The notes under the pieces are model-generated. The model had not been told where the DNA came from, did not search any database, and worked only from the letters and a program-made list of their open reading frames with translations. From Ramazzottius varieornatus (lineage: Eukaryota > Animalia > Tardigrada): 64,000 bases of DNA. Shown piece by piece: positions 40,708 through 54,851 of this stretch; the first letter of the stretch is position 1, and each line of letters opens with the position of its first letter. The stretch lies in the NCBI GenBank assembly GCA_001949185.1, contig BDGG01000008.1, positions 992,001-1,056,000 on the forward strand, in the 5' to 3' direction. Both the position numbers and the translations under genes were made by a program.

Positions 40708-43700
40708 GATGCCTCCCGTGGCGCCTTTCCGGTCTGGTCATGGGTCAGCAGAGCCCACTTCTCCTCGACCCATCCTGGTACGGCCTTTTCAACCGCGGCA
40801 CCCTTCGAATAGCGCGTACCAGCCACCGCCTGTTCAGCCGAGAGGGAAGCCTTCGGTCGTGAAGACCTCGCATCTCAGTATCGGCCAGTCCGGCATACCC
40901 AATGTGAATTTTACCACTTGAGAAACGAAACAATATCGCAGTGTGTCGCAGCAAGACCTTTCTCATTATGGAGGAACATTACAGCTCAAACAGCCTTCCT
41001 TGCAGGTTCCCGCAATATCAATAACGCAAAACTACGCTAAGCCTCAAACTCCACCTCAGATGCCTGCTGGTTACCGACCACCGCTTAGCAGACCACCACT
41101 CGTGCCACCACGTTACAGTCGAGGTAAGGCTTGCCAGTTCCGCCATATATCGCGTACTGCTCTATTCGGTTGCTCCGACCTTGTTATTTGACAGTATCAA
41201 TACCGCGAGGAAGCATTCCGTACACAATCCCAGTAGGTGAGATTGATGAGACTGCGCTGGCGGTGCTTACAATCAGCGTTGCAGCAAATTAACCACTCTT
41301 AATAAGGTAACGGCTCCTTGAGGCAAGTCCCGCTGGCACCATGGCCGCAACAGAAGACTACACAGCTGGATAACACTGACAGCGGTATTACTTCTCCCGT
41401 TCTGACTACTGTCCGTTCTACAGCAATCATTTTTTGTAGGAACAATCCGGGAGCAAGGTTTGCTGTCCAGCGTAGCTCATCAAGTGCTACCATCCCGATC
41501 TAGCGACTTTTCTCTTCCAGCCCGTAAGGGAGTCTCGGCTTAGTTCCTACATTGATCTCTAGACTTCTTGGCTGTCATGCTTCCTGCAGTCCTTTTTCGC
41601 TGATGTTCGTTTTGATAGGTTCTTCTGTGCGGAATGTCGGAGCAAATGAAACGAGTGCGATACGCTTTCCTACGGGAACATCATTCGCCGGCAGAGGTGA
41701 CCAAGACCAGCTACCACAAAGACCATCCCCGATGAGTAGGTTACCTTCTAACAAGTCTGCGATATTTTTCCAGCTAAACTCGACACCCTGGTATACCCAT
41801 CTGTAGAATATGACCCGCAACCGAGATCCACCATGCAGAGACCCACTGCAATCCAGTTACAGATGCCGCCACCTTACGTTCCCCCACCCATCGACACCTA
41901 CGACCCCACAAGCGCGCATTACCGCTACAAGGACGAACTTATCGACATCGGCGAAATGGACAAGATTGGGGGAAGATGTGGCTTCTGCTTGGAAAAGTTT
42001 TGGCTGCGTAAGAAAACTTGAACCAGTATTACAGTTTGTTCGATAAATACGATTGGTGATTCCTTTTTAGGAATGAAAAGGTTTCTTCACAAGATCTGTC
42101 CGTGCTTCTACGCCCTCTTCTCCAGCAAAGAGGAAGAATATCAGCTGTACAAAGCCATCCTTGGGTTCCCGTTCGGCGTGGCTGTTGGTGTGCTCTTCTA
42201 TTACGCCATGATTGACCGGCTGAAGTTGAACACCTTCTTCCGCTTCATGATGGGCACTATGATGCTAATCGTCATGTCCATGGGCTATGCTCGGTCCATC
42301 AAAATCCGCTGCGTCGTCTGGCTGATCTTCCCATGCTTCTTCGGGAAGTCGGGTCGCGACATCCTCATGACCATGGCCATCGGTGCGCTACTGACGGGAC
42401 CGGTGTCCAACACCATGGACAACTTCAAAGAATCGGTCCGAACAGTTACCTGTATGACGGAACTGATGATCAATATGACCATGGTCCGGTTCGAACTGAC
42501 GGGAAAACCCATCTTCAGCATCGTTCGAAATTTTGTGGTGAGAAAATGCCCTTTTTCCGTTGAAATAATTGATTCATTTGATTCAGTGATATTTCTGACA
42601 CATGGTTTCTGCAGTACCGGGACAGGGAAAGAGTGAATCGTAGTGTTTTCTACCAGATATCTGAAAGTTGGTATTATGATCTTTTGTCTGCTTGTAGGGA
42701 AGTGAGAGGATGGACAAGATGACGGGGAAGTTGCACAAGTCCTTGTCGCCGGTGAAGAATGAAGTGGAGAACACCAAAGAAACCAAGGAGGAAGAAGTCA
42801 AAGCTGCTAGGATGGACGCGGAAATGGGGACTAAACGAAGCGACTATTTTCATGAACAAGAAAGGAAAAACGCTGCAAAGCTGGCCAAAGAAGATGGCGG
42901 TAACAAGTCCAAAGCTTTCGCAGTGGATACTTCTTATATCAAGAAACTCGACTATCGATGCAACAGTATGACTTCCTTGCTTACCGCACGCATGAGTTGA
43001 AAATACTTATTTGAGCACTGAAGGTCGTATCGCTAGATATTTGGGGAGGTGCTGTGGATGTCTGTAAACAAGCCTTCGCCGATGCGTGGGATAACTGCTT
43101 GAGAGTCATTCCGGTCATCGGGTACCTCATCTGTTGGCCGACCAAACTCGACTTCTTTTGTCTTCTTGTGAAACGTAAGCATTCTCGAGCTGCTTTATCA
43201 GATGGGAAAACTGAGAGACAGGCAGACGAAGCGTGCGAGATCATTATCTTAGGTGGCGCATGTTCTCGGTAAGTCATAATGGAAACGTGCGCCACTTGAA
43301 TTAAATGATGTTGTGCGTTTCGAAGGCCTTACACTTGTGTTTCTTTTCCGCGTGCTTTTTTCAGTGTTTTTCGTAGTGTTTCCTTCGCCGGCGAACTGTG
43401 ATGCGAGTAAGTTACTGAACAGTGGTTTTGGTGGGGCGTATTCAGACGGCGACGATGCTGCCACCGAGTTGACGCAAGGAACGAAGGTCAAGCTGGAATA
43501 CATGGTGAGCTTGTGATCTACTTTTTAAGGGACTTCCTCGCGTGTTGTGCATGACTTGCGAGTTGTAACCCTTGATTACGCGGATTGCGTTGTGTAGGTT
43601 AAGCCACGAAAGGGCAAGGTAGATGCTGCCAATATTCAAGACGTGCGTAAAGGGATGAAAAATGAGTTTGGCAAAAAGCAGCGCTTCTTCAACTTTATCA

Positions 43701-45820
43701 TCACGATATGCCAACGCATCATGGCGTTCGCATTCATCCAGATCTTCATTACGTAAGCCTTCCTAACGCACCGCACATGGTCCACAATGTAAAGGTTGCG
43801 TAATGGAAGGGCAAAACTAGTGTATGGAACTTCGTTCGGCTAAAGTGAATGATTTATTTTACCTACAAACCAAGAAATTCCAAGAAATTCTTTAGGGTGG
43901 TTCTCCGAAGTGGCGCACGCTTGCAGCCAATAACACAGGAAACGTGGGTCACTTGGGGAAATAATCTTGTTGAGTTTGTCTTCCGAGTTCCCAGTTAAGT
44001 ATTTTATGGGTTTGTTTTTAGTTTCATCTCAAACATTTTTGGCCCTGTTGCTGTATTTTTGGAAAAATCATCCTAGCATTTTAAGTTAGAAAGGAAAGTT
44101 GTAGGTTTGTAACTTTCTGGTCGATGAAACGTTTATTTACCCTTCTCGTAGCCGCAATAAAACTGACTTGCTTACTTTTAGGTCTTTCCAGTATCACAAC
44201 AGCTACCTAAGCAGTATCAAGTTCGATAACTGCTACATGACGGATTACTTCCGGTCCATTGAGCGTCGTCGACGCCGTCGGGTAAGTCGTCCACTAAAAC
44301 GTTCCTCCATCCCAGCCAGCCACGCCCGGGAATAAAAACCCGGAAGTAGAAGAGTGCATGTTGCCCTTCAGCACAATTTATGTTTAGCAAAAAACATTTC
44401 CTAAATGTTGTTGCTCAATAGGGACGCTCGACATTAGTGCCATTAAAGAAGCTGGAGTCGCGCATCCTGATCGAACCAACAGCCTGGCGATTACTGCCTG
44501 CGGAGAAGCAGAAGTTTAGCAAGGGCACAGTCAAGCTCGTCATCAACTCTTTGCTCTTCGTTCTCATCTTCATCTTCGACCACCTCATCTTCGCCATTCT
44601 AGACATTGTTACCCGACACTCATACGTGGTTTACGCACAAAAAGGTAGACAACAAAATATTAAACCACAATATAGTTTAACCAGTGGCGCACGATATCAG
44701 TGTTATTAGCTGAATGCGTGCGCCACTCGGAAAAGTGATCTTGTCGAATTTGTTGTAAGTCCTATAGACTATAACGTTATGTTGAAACAACAGACTATGT
44801 TCTTTTGGGGTTGAAATAGGTGTGCACGACATCAAGCTGCAGGTTAACGGCACAGGCATGTTGGCCAAGTTGGTTCGTGGGATTCTCAAAGGTTTCCACG
44901 AACGACATGAGATCAATCAGAAGTTTGACAATCTGAAATGCCTGCCTTATGCGACGCTTACACCGCCAATCTACTACCTGAAGGTCTTTGGGACGATTGC
45001 CCTCATCTTACTCCTGCTGTACTTCGAGGCTTACGGACTGAGGCTCCGCAGAATGGTTTGCTCTTTTTTCTTCCCCAAGGTATGTCTTTCTTCGTAATCG
45101 AGATACATACAGTAGGAAGAAAAAGGAAAGTTTTCCCCAGTGTGAAAGCGATTTAGACTTGCTTTACAAATTCGAGACGTCAAGTACTAAGTGTCATAGG
45201 TTCACAGAATGGTAACGTTTTCAATAGATTTTTCGTAGCGTTGAAGGTCCTGAATTTCATTTTTCCCGAGAGATAATTACTAGTTTTTTTTCCGGGCAAA
45301 ATAGAGTGCGGTGTTTCTGTAACTCTTGTCGCTTTTGCAGAGAGAAAAGCAACGGATACTGAGTCTGTACAACGGTACGATGAAACGTCGAGCTGGGTAC
45401 GCCCGAACAGTTCGCCACCAGGTCCGACGCTTGGCTCGAGAACGTCATCTGACCATGGAGTGGGACACGTGGACAGCGCTCCTGAACCAGTGTCCACTCT
45501 TCTGTTTCTGGCTGAAGTGGGTCGGCAAAGGTAAAACCACGTGCGTCGCTTGCCGCGAGGAAGAAGACGAAACCTTCCATTTCTGTGACACACCGGGCTG
45601 TAACTTTGCCTACTGCCCAAGCTGCTGGGAGGACCTCAGGGTAAGTTCGTCAAAACACAGTATTTCGGTTTATTTGCTTCCGCGGGTTCATTTTTTCACA
45701 CGGTATCTTTGACAGCGTCATTGTTATGCTTGTTCACCGGAAAGCGCTGATGAGGAGTCGAGCTTGTCCGAAGGGATGTTTGGCAGCGATGATGACAATC
45801 CGGACGCTAAAGACGATTAA
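40708..45820 (+). CDS. DCST1: DC-STAMP domain protein with C-terminal C4C4 RING-like finger (DCST1/sneaky-like sperm fusion factor)
   Basis: Multi-TM exon 42073- (GPVSNTMDNF..TC), C..AF..AWDNC...ICWP, FDNCYMT, CLP, FFFPK|REKQRILSLYN, CVAC..C.TPGC...YC.SCW..CYAC; the Pro-rich 5' exons and start are uncertain. Confidence 0.85.
43253..43295 (+). repeat. N25 palindromic element
   Basis: DCST1 intron. Confidence 0.85.
43910..43952 (+). repeat. N25 palindromic element
   Basis: DCST1 intron. Confidence 0.8.
44684..44726 (-). repeat. N25 palindromic element
   Basis: Perfect arms, DCST1 intron. Confidence 0.85.
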
Positions 45821-46302
45821 CGAAGGGAACCATTACGAGAACCCTTTGATCATTCTGTGATACAGCTCTACCCGTGCTTCCTTTTCGTTCTCTAGTATTG
45901 TACAGATTCTTACGCACAGCGGCTAAAACGTAGAAAAATGTCTCAAAAGTTGTCCTAGGCTCTGCAGGGTTCAATGACGCATTGATTAATGCATCGCAAG
46001 CGCTAGAATGCACGAAGTGATCTGGGTGGCGTGTAATTCTAGAAGCGGAGAGGTTAAATATCCATCGTTTTCGTTCTATTCCTTTTTGTCGTACACAATG
46101 GAGGCAAGCGTGATGGCATGTCATCACTTAAGTATCATTTAGGCAAATCGAGTGACAGATCTCCTACAAAGAAAATAAATTGGGTACGGCCTCTCCCCAG
46201 GAGACTTACACCATGCGCCCGGGACAGTCTGCCTTATAAATCAAATTTTGGGAATCTCGGCCTGACATTGTTTATGAGGCAGTACTCTAATGTAAAACTC
46301 TT

Positions 46303-49300
46303 TTAAGGCATCAAATTATGCATTCGATCTTTCGCAGGAGGTTTCTCGGTAGTAGGGCTATGTGGACCTTCGCTGACTTCGATCAGAGGTGAAGGCAGAT
46401 CGTAGGATGGGCGCCTGCCGGAAGTGCCATGACCACGGAGATTGTTGGGCATGTAACCGTTGTGTGCTGTGTTGGTGGGAGGTCGGTGCACGCCATTGCC
46501 TTCCACGGAAAGGTATGAATTCGAAGGTCCACGATGGGAGGAAGAGGTGCGTGAGTAGAGTGAAGGTGCGCGTTGGAACGATGAGGTGGACAACGTATCC
46601 GAGGCTTTGCGCTGCCGGTAGGTGGAGTACCGCAACGACGTCATCAGCGAACCGGTGCGTGATGTGTCGAAGCGGTTGAAGGAACGTTCAGTTTCTTCTG
46701 GCTTCCGACATCCGCCTCGTTCTACAAATAAAAATGAAAAAGGGAGTTATTTTATAGATATACAAGGTAAAACTTATTTTTTGTGGTTCTATCGATAAAC
46801 ACACTGTCCGTAGAGTTTACTGCTGATCCCTGAAACGTAAAAGCTTTCCAGAATCCTTTATCTTGTGACGCTCTTTACGCTGTATGCTCGGGTCATAGAA
46901 TGGCGCACGTATTTGTTGTATTGGCTGGAAGGGTGCGCCGCTTATGATAATAATCATATACGTTTCATAAGCACGACGCAGTGCGGGTTTCGAAGATTTT
47001 AAGGAATAAAGCAACCATTTTCTCCGAACGATGCTAAAGTTTTAAGAAGAAAGCATTGAATAATATTATGAGGTACACATGGCAGCAGAACTTAACGATA
47101 TCTTTATACGTTCGATGGCATTCCTGAAGTCAAGAAAGTCCGGAGGAGCCAGTGTCTATTTGTAGGCATAGGGAGCTCCAGTGCGACCATATTTAGGCTA
47201 AATCAATTTCCTGTACACATTTTTGGGTAGCATAGTAATGATTTTCGGATATGTCAAGACGGGTAATTTGATCGTCATGTAAGTGAAGACAGTCGTTAAA
47301 TCTGTTCATTGGAATATGCAGTAATTTCGACCATGTGCTTTCTCCTTCTCTTACCCTCGTGTAAACTTTGCTTCCCTGTTGATTGCCTGATATAATCAAA
47401 ATGCAAACGGGCTGATGTGGGACCTGGGCAAATGAACTAAACCAGATCGTTGTCTTAGGTGGCGCACTTTCTCAATGTTACCGACTGGAAGTGTGCGCCA
47501 CTTGGGAAAAGGATCTCGTTCCAATTACGTCAACTGGCGTAACCGGGCGTTTCCCTGAGAGAACTCCCACGGGATTTACCAAGTCTTTTCTTAGAAAGAT
47601 CAAGATGACTGTAGCCATGCTAAAGTAACAGGAAACACACTGCCATCGTTTGATCAAAGGGACGAAAGGGTTACATCACGATCAAGTAAAAGAATAACAA
47701 AAACACCAGCCGAAGCACTCTGAAGTGTTTTAGAGCCCAAAGAAGGCTCTTCATACTGTAATTCAGGCAAGGATCGAGACGTTAATTCGATACGTTGAAT
47801 GTAGCCTTTCTCTTCTAGCTAAACAGAATGTTTGGCAGACGGAAGGAGCAAACTGAGTTAGCAACGACAGTGTGTGGGTTAGAACTTCAAGAACTGTGAA
47901 CTGTTAATGCCTCAACGCTAACGCGAGGAGTCATTATTTTCCTTAACAATAACTGATCTGGACATGTGAAAGAACGTACGTTTTGTACTGTCTTTTTTCC
48001 GGCTTTAGCTGTCTTTGAAAAATGGCGTTTATGAAGATTCCTGACAGTGAGTAATGAAACTGGATATCGTACAAAGTGGGACATGCATCCATCTGGTCTT
48101 ACAACCCAATTGCCGCTCCGCGGTACAGGACGTTCTGCACATACAGTAACCCGCAAAAGACCAAATTATCGGGCAGTAAAAAAAGGTCAGAATAGCATAA
48201 CGAAGAGCGCAGCTTGCTTGGGCGCGATGATGTCTGGTATTCAAAGCACGCGCCGAATCACGACGTAAGTTGAGCCTCTGAACCGAAAAAACGCATTTTC
48301 AAATGTTGGCAGTCATTAGCGTCTTTGATTTTTTTTCGAATATTTACGCGTGGCTGAAGTTTGTAAACGATTATCACAGAGTGATCGAGGGAGATGTAGG
48401 CATTCTTCTGTCCCAATCAAAGCCAGCCCTGGATGACCTTAGCCCTATTATTGCGAAGCCCTCGACATGTGCCGCGTCAGTTCTTTTGAATCGGTAAACT
48501 CCCAAAAGATAATAAAATTAGTATTAGATGTTCCCTCAAAAAGGCTTGTTTATCAGAGAAAATCTATCGATCAAAATTTTCTTGTTTGCTGTAGCTACCT
48601 TTACGTTTTAATTTCCAGGATGTTTCTGATCAGAATACGAACGGTGCCTTGTGCTATTGGTGTTTGTTAGTTTGAAGAGGAAGAAACCCAGCATCCGTAG
48701 AGAATCCCCAACTTTGATCATTCTCTGTCACATGAAGGAAACAACATGTGGCCTCACCGGAAGACGCTGGATTTTAAATAGATGTTTCCGATGGAATTCT
48801 ATTCATAAACTTGTTGATCATGAGCGGAAGTTGTCTCATTGGTACAATGATAACTGACGGCTTGTGAAACAGCCTTGTTTTCCCAGGCGACTAATCCTCA
48901 ACGAAAACACGTTTACAATTAAATATTCACATTGAGAAAGTACCACGCCCTGACCATGGAAAACTTGGATGCTGGGCAGATAAGACGTTCGAGGTCAGTA
49001 TTCCAAGCGACGCACCCTTCCAGCCAATAGCAATCAGTCCGTGCGCCACCTCGAACAACATTTTAGCTAACCCCAGTGGCGCACGGTTTCATTGTTGTTG
49101 GCTGGAAGAGTGGGCCACTTGCGACCTGTAAGTTTTGTGTGCCCTGAGCCCTGGCCAGCTTATATTTATGGGCTAAACTTACCGAGGAAATATGTGATAA
49201 CCATGCGTACTTCCGTAATCCTGGCGGTGTAGATGATGGGGTCAACGAGGAATTTGAGGATGATGAGTAAATTAGTGACAATATTGACCGGCAGCCGTAC

Positions 49301-50233
49301 ACAGAGGGAGATGGTCAGCGGGACCGAGCAATCATCGCAAACGGTGACGTAATTGATGACTGCGGGCAACCAGCCAATTAAGTACGTCAACAAAATAATC
49401 AGGGTCGTCACCACGGCCTTGGTGTTGCTTTGCATCCTCCGCTTTTCATCAGAGCTACCCGCCATATCCAGATGCGCCAACTTTTTTTGATGCTGTCTGA
49501 TTTCATAAAAGACGTGCAGATACACCACGCTCATCAATGCCAACGGCGCAAAGAACAACGCCGAGACGAAACTCCGAAACGCGAACTGATGGGCGAACTC
49601 CACCGTTTCACACTTCTCCGACTGGAATCCCTGGTCAGGGACCACTGAGAAATACACGAAAAAAACCGTGACCGGTAGTATCCACATGGTGGCTATACAC
49701 AATACTGCGTTTGAGCGGGTCATGCGCGACGCGTAATGCAACGGGGCAGTGATACCCATCCAGTGATTAATGGCCAACAGCATGAAATGTAACGCCGAAC
49801 AAACCATGGCACCCAACCGAAAGGCCTCCACTATCAGTACAATGCAGTCTCGATACTGGACATTGATGTCGAAATTGTACAAGAGGATATTGTTGACGAA
49901 GAACCCGAGACCCATTGCCACAGCGGCTACGGCATCCGCGCCCGCTAGACTCAGCGAGAACATCAGGGTCGGCGTCAGATGCTTCCTCCGCATGAAGAAC
50001 ACTGTAGAGAGGATGATGCTATTACCGACCACTGAAACGAAGCATAGAAGAAGAAGAACTGGTCCGAGGACTTGGTAGATGGGCACAAGGTATTGCCGGA
50101 TGTTGTTGTCGTTGACGTTGTAACAATATACGGGTTCACTGGAGTCCCACGACGAAGGACTACTGGTCAGTGTCATGTTGGTCGGGTTCACGATGATCCA
50201 GTCTTCGCTCCAGTTTCCTCTGGATGCCCCCAT
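46303..50233 (-). CDS. Orphan class A (rhodopsin-like) GPCR; exons 49183-50233 and 46303-46721
   Basis: Seven TM segments; GN, SLAGAD, NHW in place of DRY, WLP, DPIIY; phase-1 intron 46722-49182 joins a Ser-rich C-tail in frame. Confidence 0.92.
46900..46941 (-). repeat. N25 palindromic element (24-nt spacer)
   Basis: GPCR intron. Confidence 0.8.
47459..47501 (-). repeat. N25 palindromic element
   Basis: Perfect arms plus outer AGATC/GATCT; GPCR intron. Confidence 0.85.
49007..49118. repeat. N25 palindromic element, two copies in opposite orientation (49007-49049, 49076-49118)
   Basis: GPCR intron; both have a 25-nt spacer. Confidence 0.8.
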
Positions 50234-53200
50234 TGTGTTCTCCTAATGGTGCTTTAGTGTAAGAGCGTAATAACGATCGCGGATAGTGTGAATCAAGGCA
50301 GCATCAGCTGTAACGACAACGACCCACTTGTCAACACCATTAATCGCACCATTTACAAATATGATAGATTGTGGGCAAATCGACTAAGAAAACTCGAGGG
50401 AATGAGGCTTCTCAGTGTTGCATACAGTTACATCCATGACCTAATTATTCGCAGATTTTTCCCCTCCCTCAAACGTGTCTTTGAGTTGGATGATCAGAAT
50501 TTCAGCGCCTGGACTTTCAAGCACGTGTGACCCAGCGGAAATGCAAGTGACCGTTCCTATTCTCTCGGTCTCAAGAAACCCAGTAGGACACTTCGGTTTC
50601 TAATCAAGCTGGACTAACGTGGCCTTCCAATATTATTCGGGTAGATGGTCCCGAAAATAATGGCGCTCAAGCAGTACTGCGACATTTTCGGAAATCCAAA
50701 ATTTCACGTGTTTGTCCTCCCACAAATTTCCGGTACATCGAGACAAGTGCCGTACTGACAGGGTCCCCGTGCATTATTCACGAAATTAATTGAGCGGAAG
50801 ACGATGCACTCACGTTTCGCTTTGTTTTTCAGCTGTAAAGCCCGTCCAAGCTACAATATGCGAGGATCGCCATCACCTGTACGTACTGCGCGCAGGAAAA
50901 AAACGTTTCTGTGAAATTTGCCTGTCATTTTGTCAGGAATCACTCAAAGAACGACGCACCTCATTGCATATGGAATCAACTCGGGTGTTGTTTTTTGTAT
51001 CGAAAGACGGAAATCGAGCGAGGAGCCGCCCACCCCAAAACCGTATCAAACTACTGATGATAGTGTTAGACTGTCTACCCGGCTAATTGTGAAGTCGAAA
51101 ACAGTCATTTGATGCTCTTCAGGCAGACGAAAGATCGAAGAAGTGGCTCGATAATTAGATGCGTGAACCATTATAATTCACTTACCATTGCTGCGTTGAG
51201 AGATACGACGATCATCCCAGTTGTGTCTGTGAACATCAATATGATCAACATTAGCGTTAAAGAGTTCAGACGGCCATTGAATGATGGTCGATTAATATTC
51301 CGACGGGTTCAAAAAAGGTGTCGAATGACACAGGAAACTTCAGAGCAGAACTTTATAGAAACAATCGAGGGCTGAAATCAATGGCAAGAGTTTGATCCGG
51401 AAAGAGAATAATCTCTGATTGCTGACATCCAACTGCGGCGACCCACCGTGTAGGGCTTTCTTCCGAACAAAGCCGGATCTGCAAGGCGGAAATGTTCGAT
51501 TCAGATTAGACCAAACTGACACGAAAGGCGACGCAGTGGTAGTTGCTATTGTGTACTGTGTGGACCAGGAAGTCAGCATGGCGTCAAGCACGACAGGAAG
51601 ACCGTCGATAGTGGGTTAACAGTAGCCATTGCAACAGCACGACGACCAGAGTACCAGGGGCGGACGGAGTACCTTATGAGTACCTTATAAGCGCGGATAA
51701 TCGTTCAGATCAAGGCTCACTTTTCAGGATTCATACATCGAAGGTCACGGTATCTTCCTTGTACTCAATCCCGGACGATCTGGAGTGCAAGAACAGAATT
51801 GCGCGTGGGTCGGAGCTGAACGGAATGTTCGGTTGAAGTTTAGGCTGGAGTGTCATCATGATCAAGGAAAAAAAATACTCGAACGACGCAAGGCAAAACA
51901 GTTGGCGCAATAGATTTAGCGAACTGTGCCTTGTAATCCTGTGCAACATGCAGCCAACCTTCACAGCGTGATAGGGATTAAATTAGAATCATTAGTGGGC
52001 TACTCCAAGAAGGGTCATTGGAGGAAAAAGATTCGGGATTACGCATCATTAAGACACGAAGATTTATCTCAAGGATTAACTGACCAGTGGAATTTGGCGT
52101 TTACACGACTATGGCCATTTATCCCGCATTCTTCGAAGTTTGAAACAAGACATGTTGAACATACGCCCTGTTTATAGGTTGCGAACAGAGACTGAAAGAG
52201 TTGCGCGGCGGAAAAAGCGATACGAGAAGGAAGATCTCTCGTCAATCCTGATGCAACCAAGCACTTTATCTTGTCCAAGTAGCAGATGCCGATACATATC
52301 TCATGGCAGCTTTCACTCAACTTCCGCTCTTTGACTTCCTCCAACAAGTCTCTCTCGTCACTCGATCGCCAAGAGTGCCTTCACGTCGGCCAGGATCACC
52401 CGTTGGGTAAACGCTCCCAAGAGGTGCTCCGATGTCACCGAGACCCCCTTTCGAACACAAACCAAACTTCAGAATTCTGGACCAGGAAATCAATCAGAAT
52501 CAGAGAAAACCAAGTAGCAGTCGTGAGGTTCTTGCTTAACAGGAGAAACACGGACTGCCTTGAACGGAAATATTTAAACAGTGGGGATAGTCGAGAAAAG
52601 CGGTTGTTTGACGGCCTAAGTCGCCTCCAGCTCTGGACTGAACAAGTATGCCGCGCCAGAAGTTTTTTCACAGTGACATCATCGTAACGGAACCTGATCC
52701 AGCTCAGTTTCTCACGCTCTCGAGTAAGGCGCGCGCGGAGTGATCTGGGCAGAGGAAGGACCACAACTTTCGATTTCTTAAACTTGCTGGCATGCTATCG
52801 CCTCTTCAGTTTTCTTTACATGAGAGACATTGTGAGGAAGCTGTCAAATCCTGCGTTTGTTCGAGCGCTAATGTTGGTGCTTCTATTTAAACTCAATCTG
52901 TGGGCTCTTTTCTTCGCCGTTCCTCGTTTAGCATCTTTTTCATTACCACAATGTCAGTGTCAAGCGAACGGACATGGTGGCTGGCAACCTCGCTCAACTT
53001 CACCATGTCGTCCTCCTCTTCACGTTACTTTTTCAGCTGTTACGTCCTCACGTCTTCGCAATCTTTGATGTCGAGTGACACCAGCGCATGCCGGCTTCAA
53101 GGGCGTGTGAAGGCTCCAACCGCAGTCACAAGCCGTATCCGGAACTTCCTCCTCGCTATCATTCGATTTTGTGATGGAGATACTCTACACCAAGAAAACA

Positions 53201-53457
53201 TCTGCTTCACTGAATTACCATACACACATTGCCTTTGGTGTCTACATAATCAACCAAGCGCAATAACTGATCATCTTGTTACGTAACAGAGAACGGTTAA
53301 GAATGATCCAGCAAATAAGTCATGGCTGGGATTTGAACAATCCGTAAAATATGCCCTTCCTTTTTTCTAGAGAAATTTGGTATCGTAGCCCAGTGAAAGC
53401 GTACTGGTTCACTAAATGGGAGGCCGGCAAACAATAACGGGATGAGCGTCATCACAA

Positions 53458-53499
53458 GTGGCACCGTTTTCTTTGTTATTTGCCCGGAACGTGCGCCAC
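53458..53499 (-). repeat. N25 palindromic element (degenerate left arm)
   Basis: Upstream of the GPCR CDS. Confidence 0.7.
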
Positions 53500-54837
53500 T
53501 TGAGATGACAATCATCCTAAGACGTTTGTCGTCTTCCCAAGTAACAAGCAACGCACTGAAGGGTTTTCCCATGCTTATACTCACCTCTTCTACTAAAGTT
53601 TAGGCCGCCAAACGGGACACATTCGGACACATTACTTTTTTATCACGATTTGGTCACCTAGCGCATTAATCAAAATGATCGAGCGTGACGTCTGGCAAGC
53701 CAAAGTTTGTTCAGACTATTATACTTTAACGGCACCCCAGCTGAACTGTCTGATGGACTCTCTTGTCATAAATCTACCAAAGGTCTTCAAGTTCAGGACA
53801 TGTACAAATTACTTTTTCTGTTGCATGGATGATTTATGTTTTTTCCACAATACAGACGAGTAGCACGCAGGCTAGGGCGATAGAATTGCATATGGAGATT
53901 AATGACTGCGATGCCGTTCAAACGTGTGGGACCGGAAAAATATTTGCTTCGACAGGCGAGCAATATGGAAACGACCCTGAAATATTGTCACTTTAATGAG
54001 TGTAGCTTACGAGATGCCATGTCAAAAATTTGCATTTTTTTCATTTGAGGAAAGTGTTGAGGAGTCTCGGCCAGCAGGGTGTATTATTAGAATCGGGAGA
54101 TCAAGTTGCAAAAGGCGGTTCTTCGCGCCAAAGCTGTAGCGTTATCGACACCATTAGTTGCGCCAATATGATGCAAAAACAAAGCTTCCAAGAGCCAACG
54201 CCAAAACTAATCTATGGGCTTTAACCATTTACCAGGCTTCTTTCAAGTTCAGTAATCCACAGGCACTTCGACAGCCTTTGACGATGCCACAGACGGATCA
54301 ATGCTGCCGTGTCGACAGCTGATTTTATTATTCCAGAAGCAGCCTTGCGTAAACTTCTCCGTTCCTTAATTGAGAAGAGTACACAGAGTCCGCGACTTCC
54401 TGATTGCCCACGAACCAGCGCAGCTGTCCACTAGTCTGCAACCTGGATGCACATGTCATGAGAATGTCGTCCTCAGAAACATCCGACCATTCAAACACGT
54501 AGCGCAAACCATGCTTCGGTCCGCTAGAACAGTTGATTCTGCGGTTGCCATGAAGGACCACGCAGTTATTTTTTGGGGATAGGAGCAAGTACTTCCGCGA
54601 ACACTAATGCCCGTACGTTACAGTAGAACATGTTCAAATCTGCTAAATTAAAACCTTGGCTGAAGGGCTGCAACTACCGATCGTCGTTGCTCTAACTTTT
54701 TGCCTTGTTACGTGCTCTTACGTTAAATTTTCCTGAGAAGACTTCCTCGTGACCAAGTTCAGAATTTGTTAGTGCAGCAGTCAGGGTCTTCGAGCGGCGC
54801 CACCGTACTCGTTCCAAATCTCGACAGACGACCACTG

Positions 54838-54851
54838 GCGCCATCTGGTGG
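54838..54851 (-). promoter_or_regulatory. CTCF-consensus motif
   Basis: GCGCCATCTGGTGG = reverse complement CCACCAGATGGCGC; intergenic between divergent GPCR and MAD1 genes. Confidence 0.4.
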
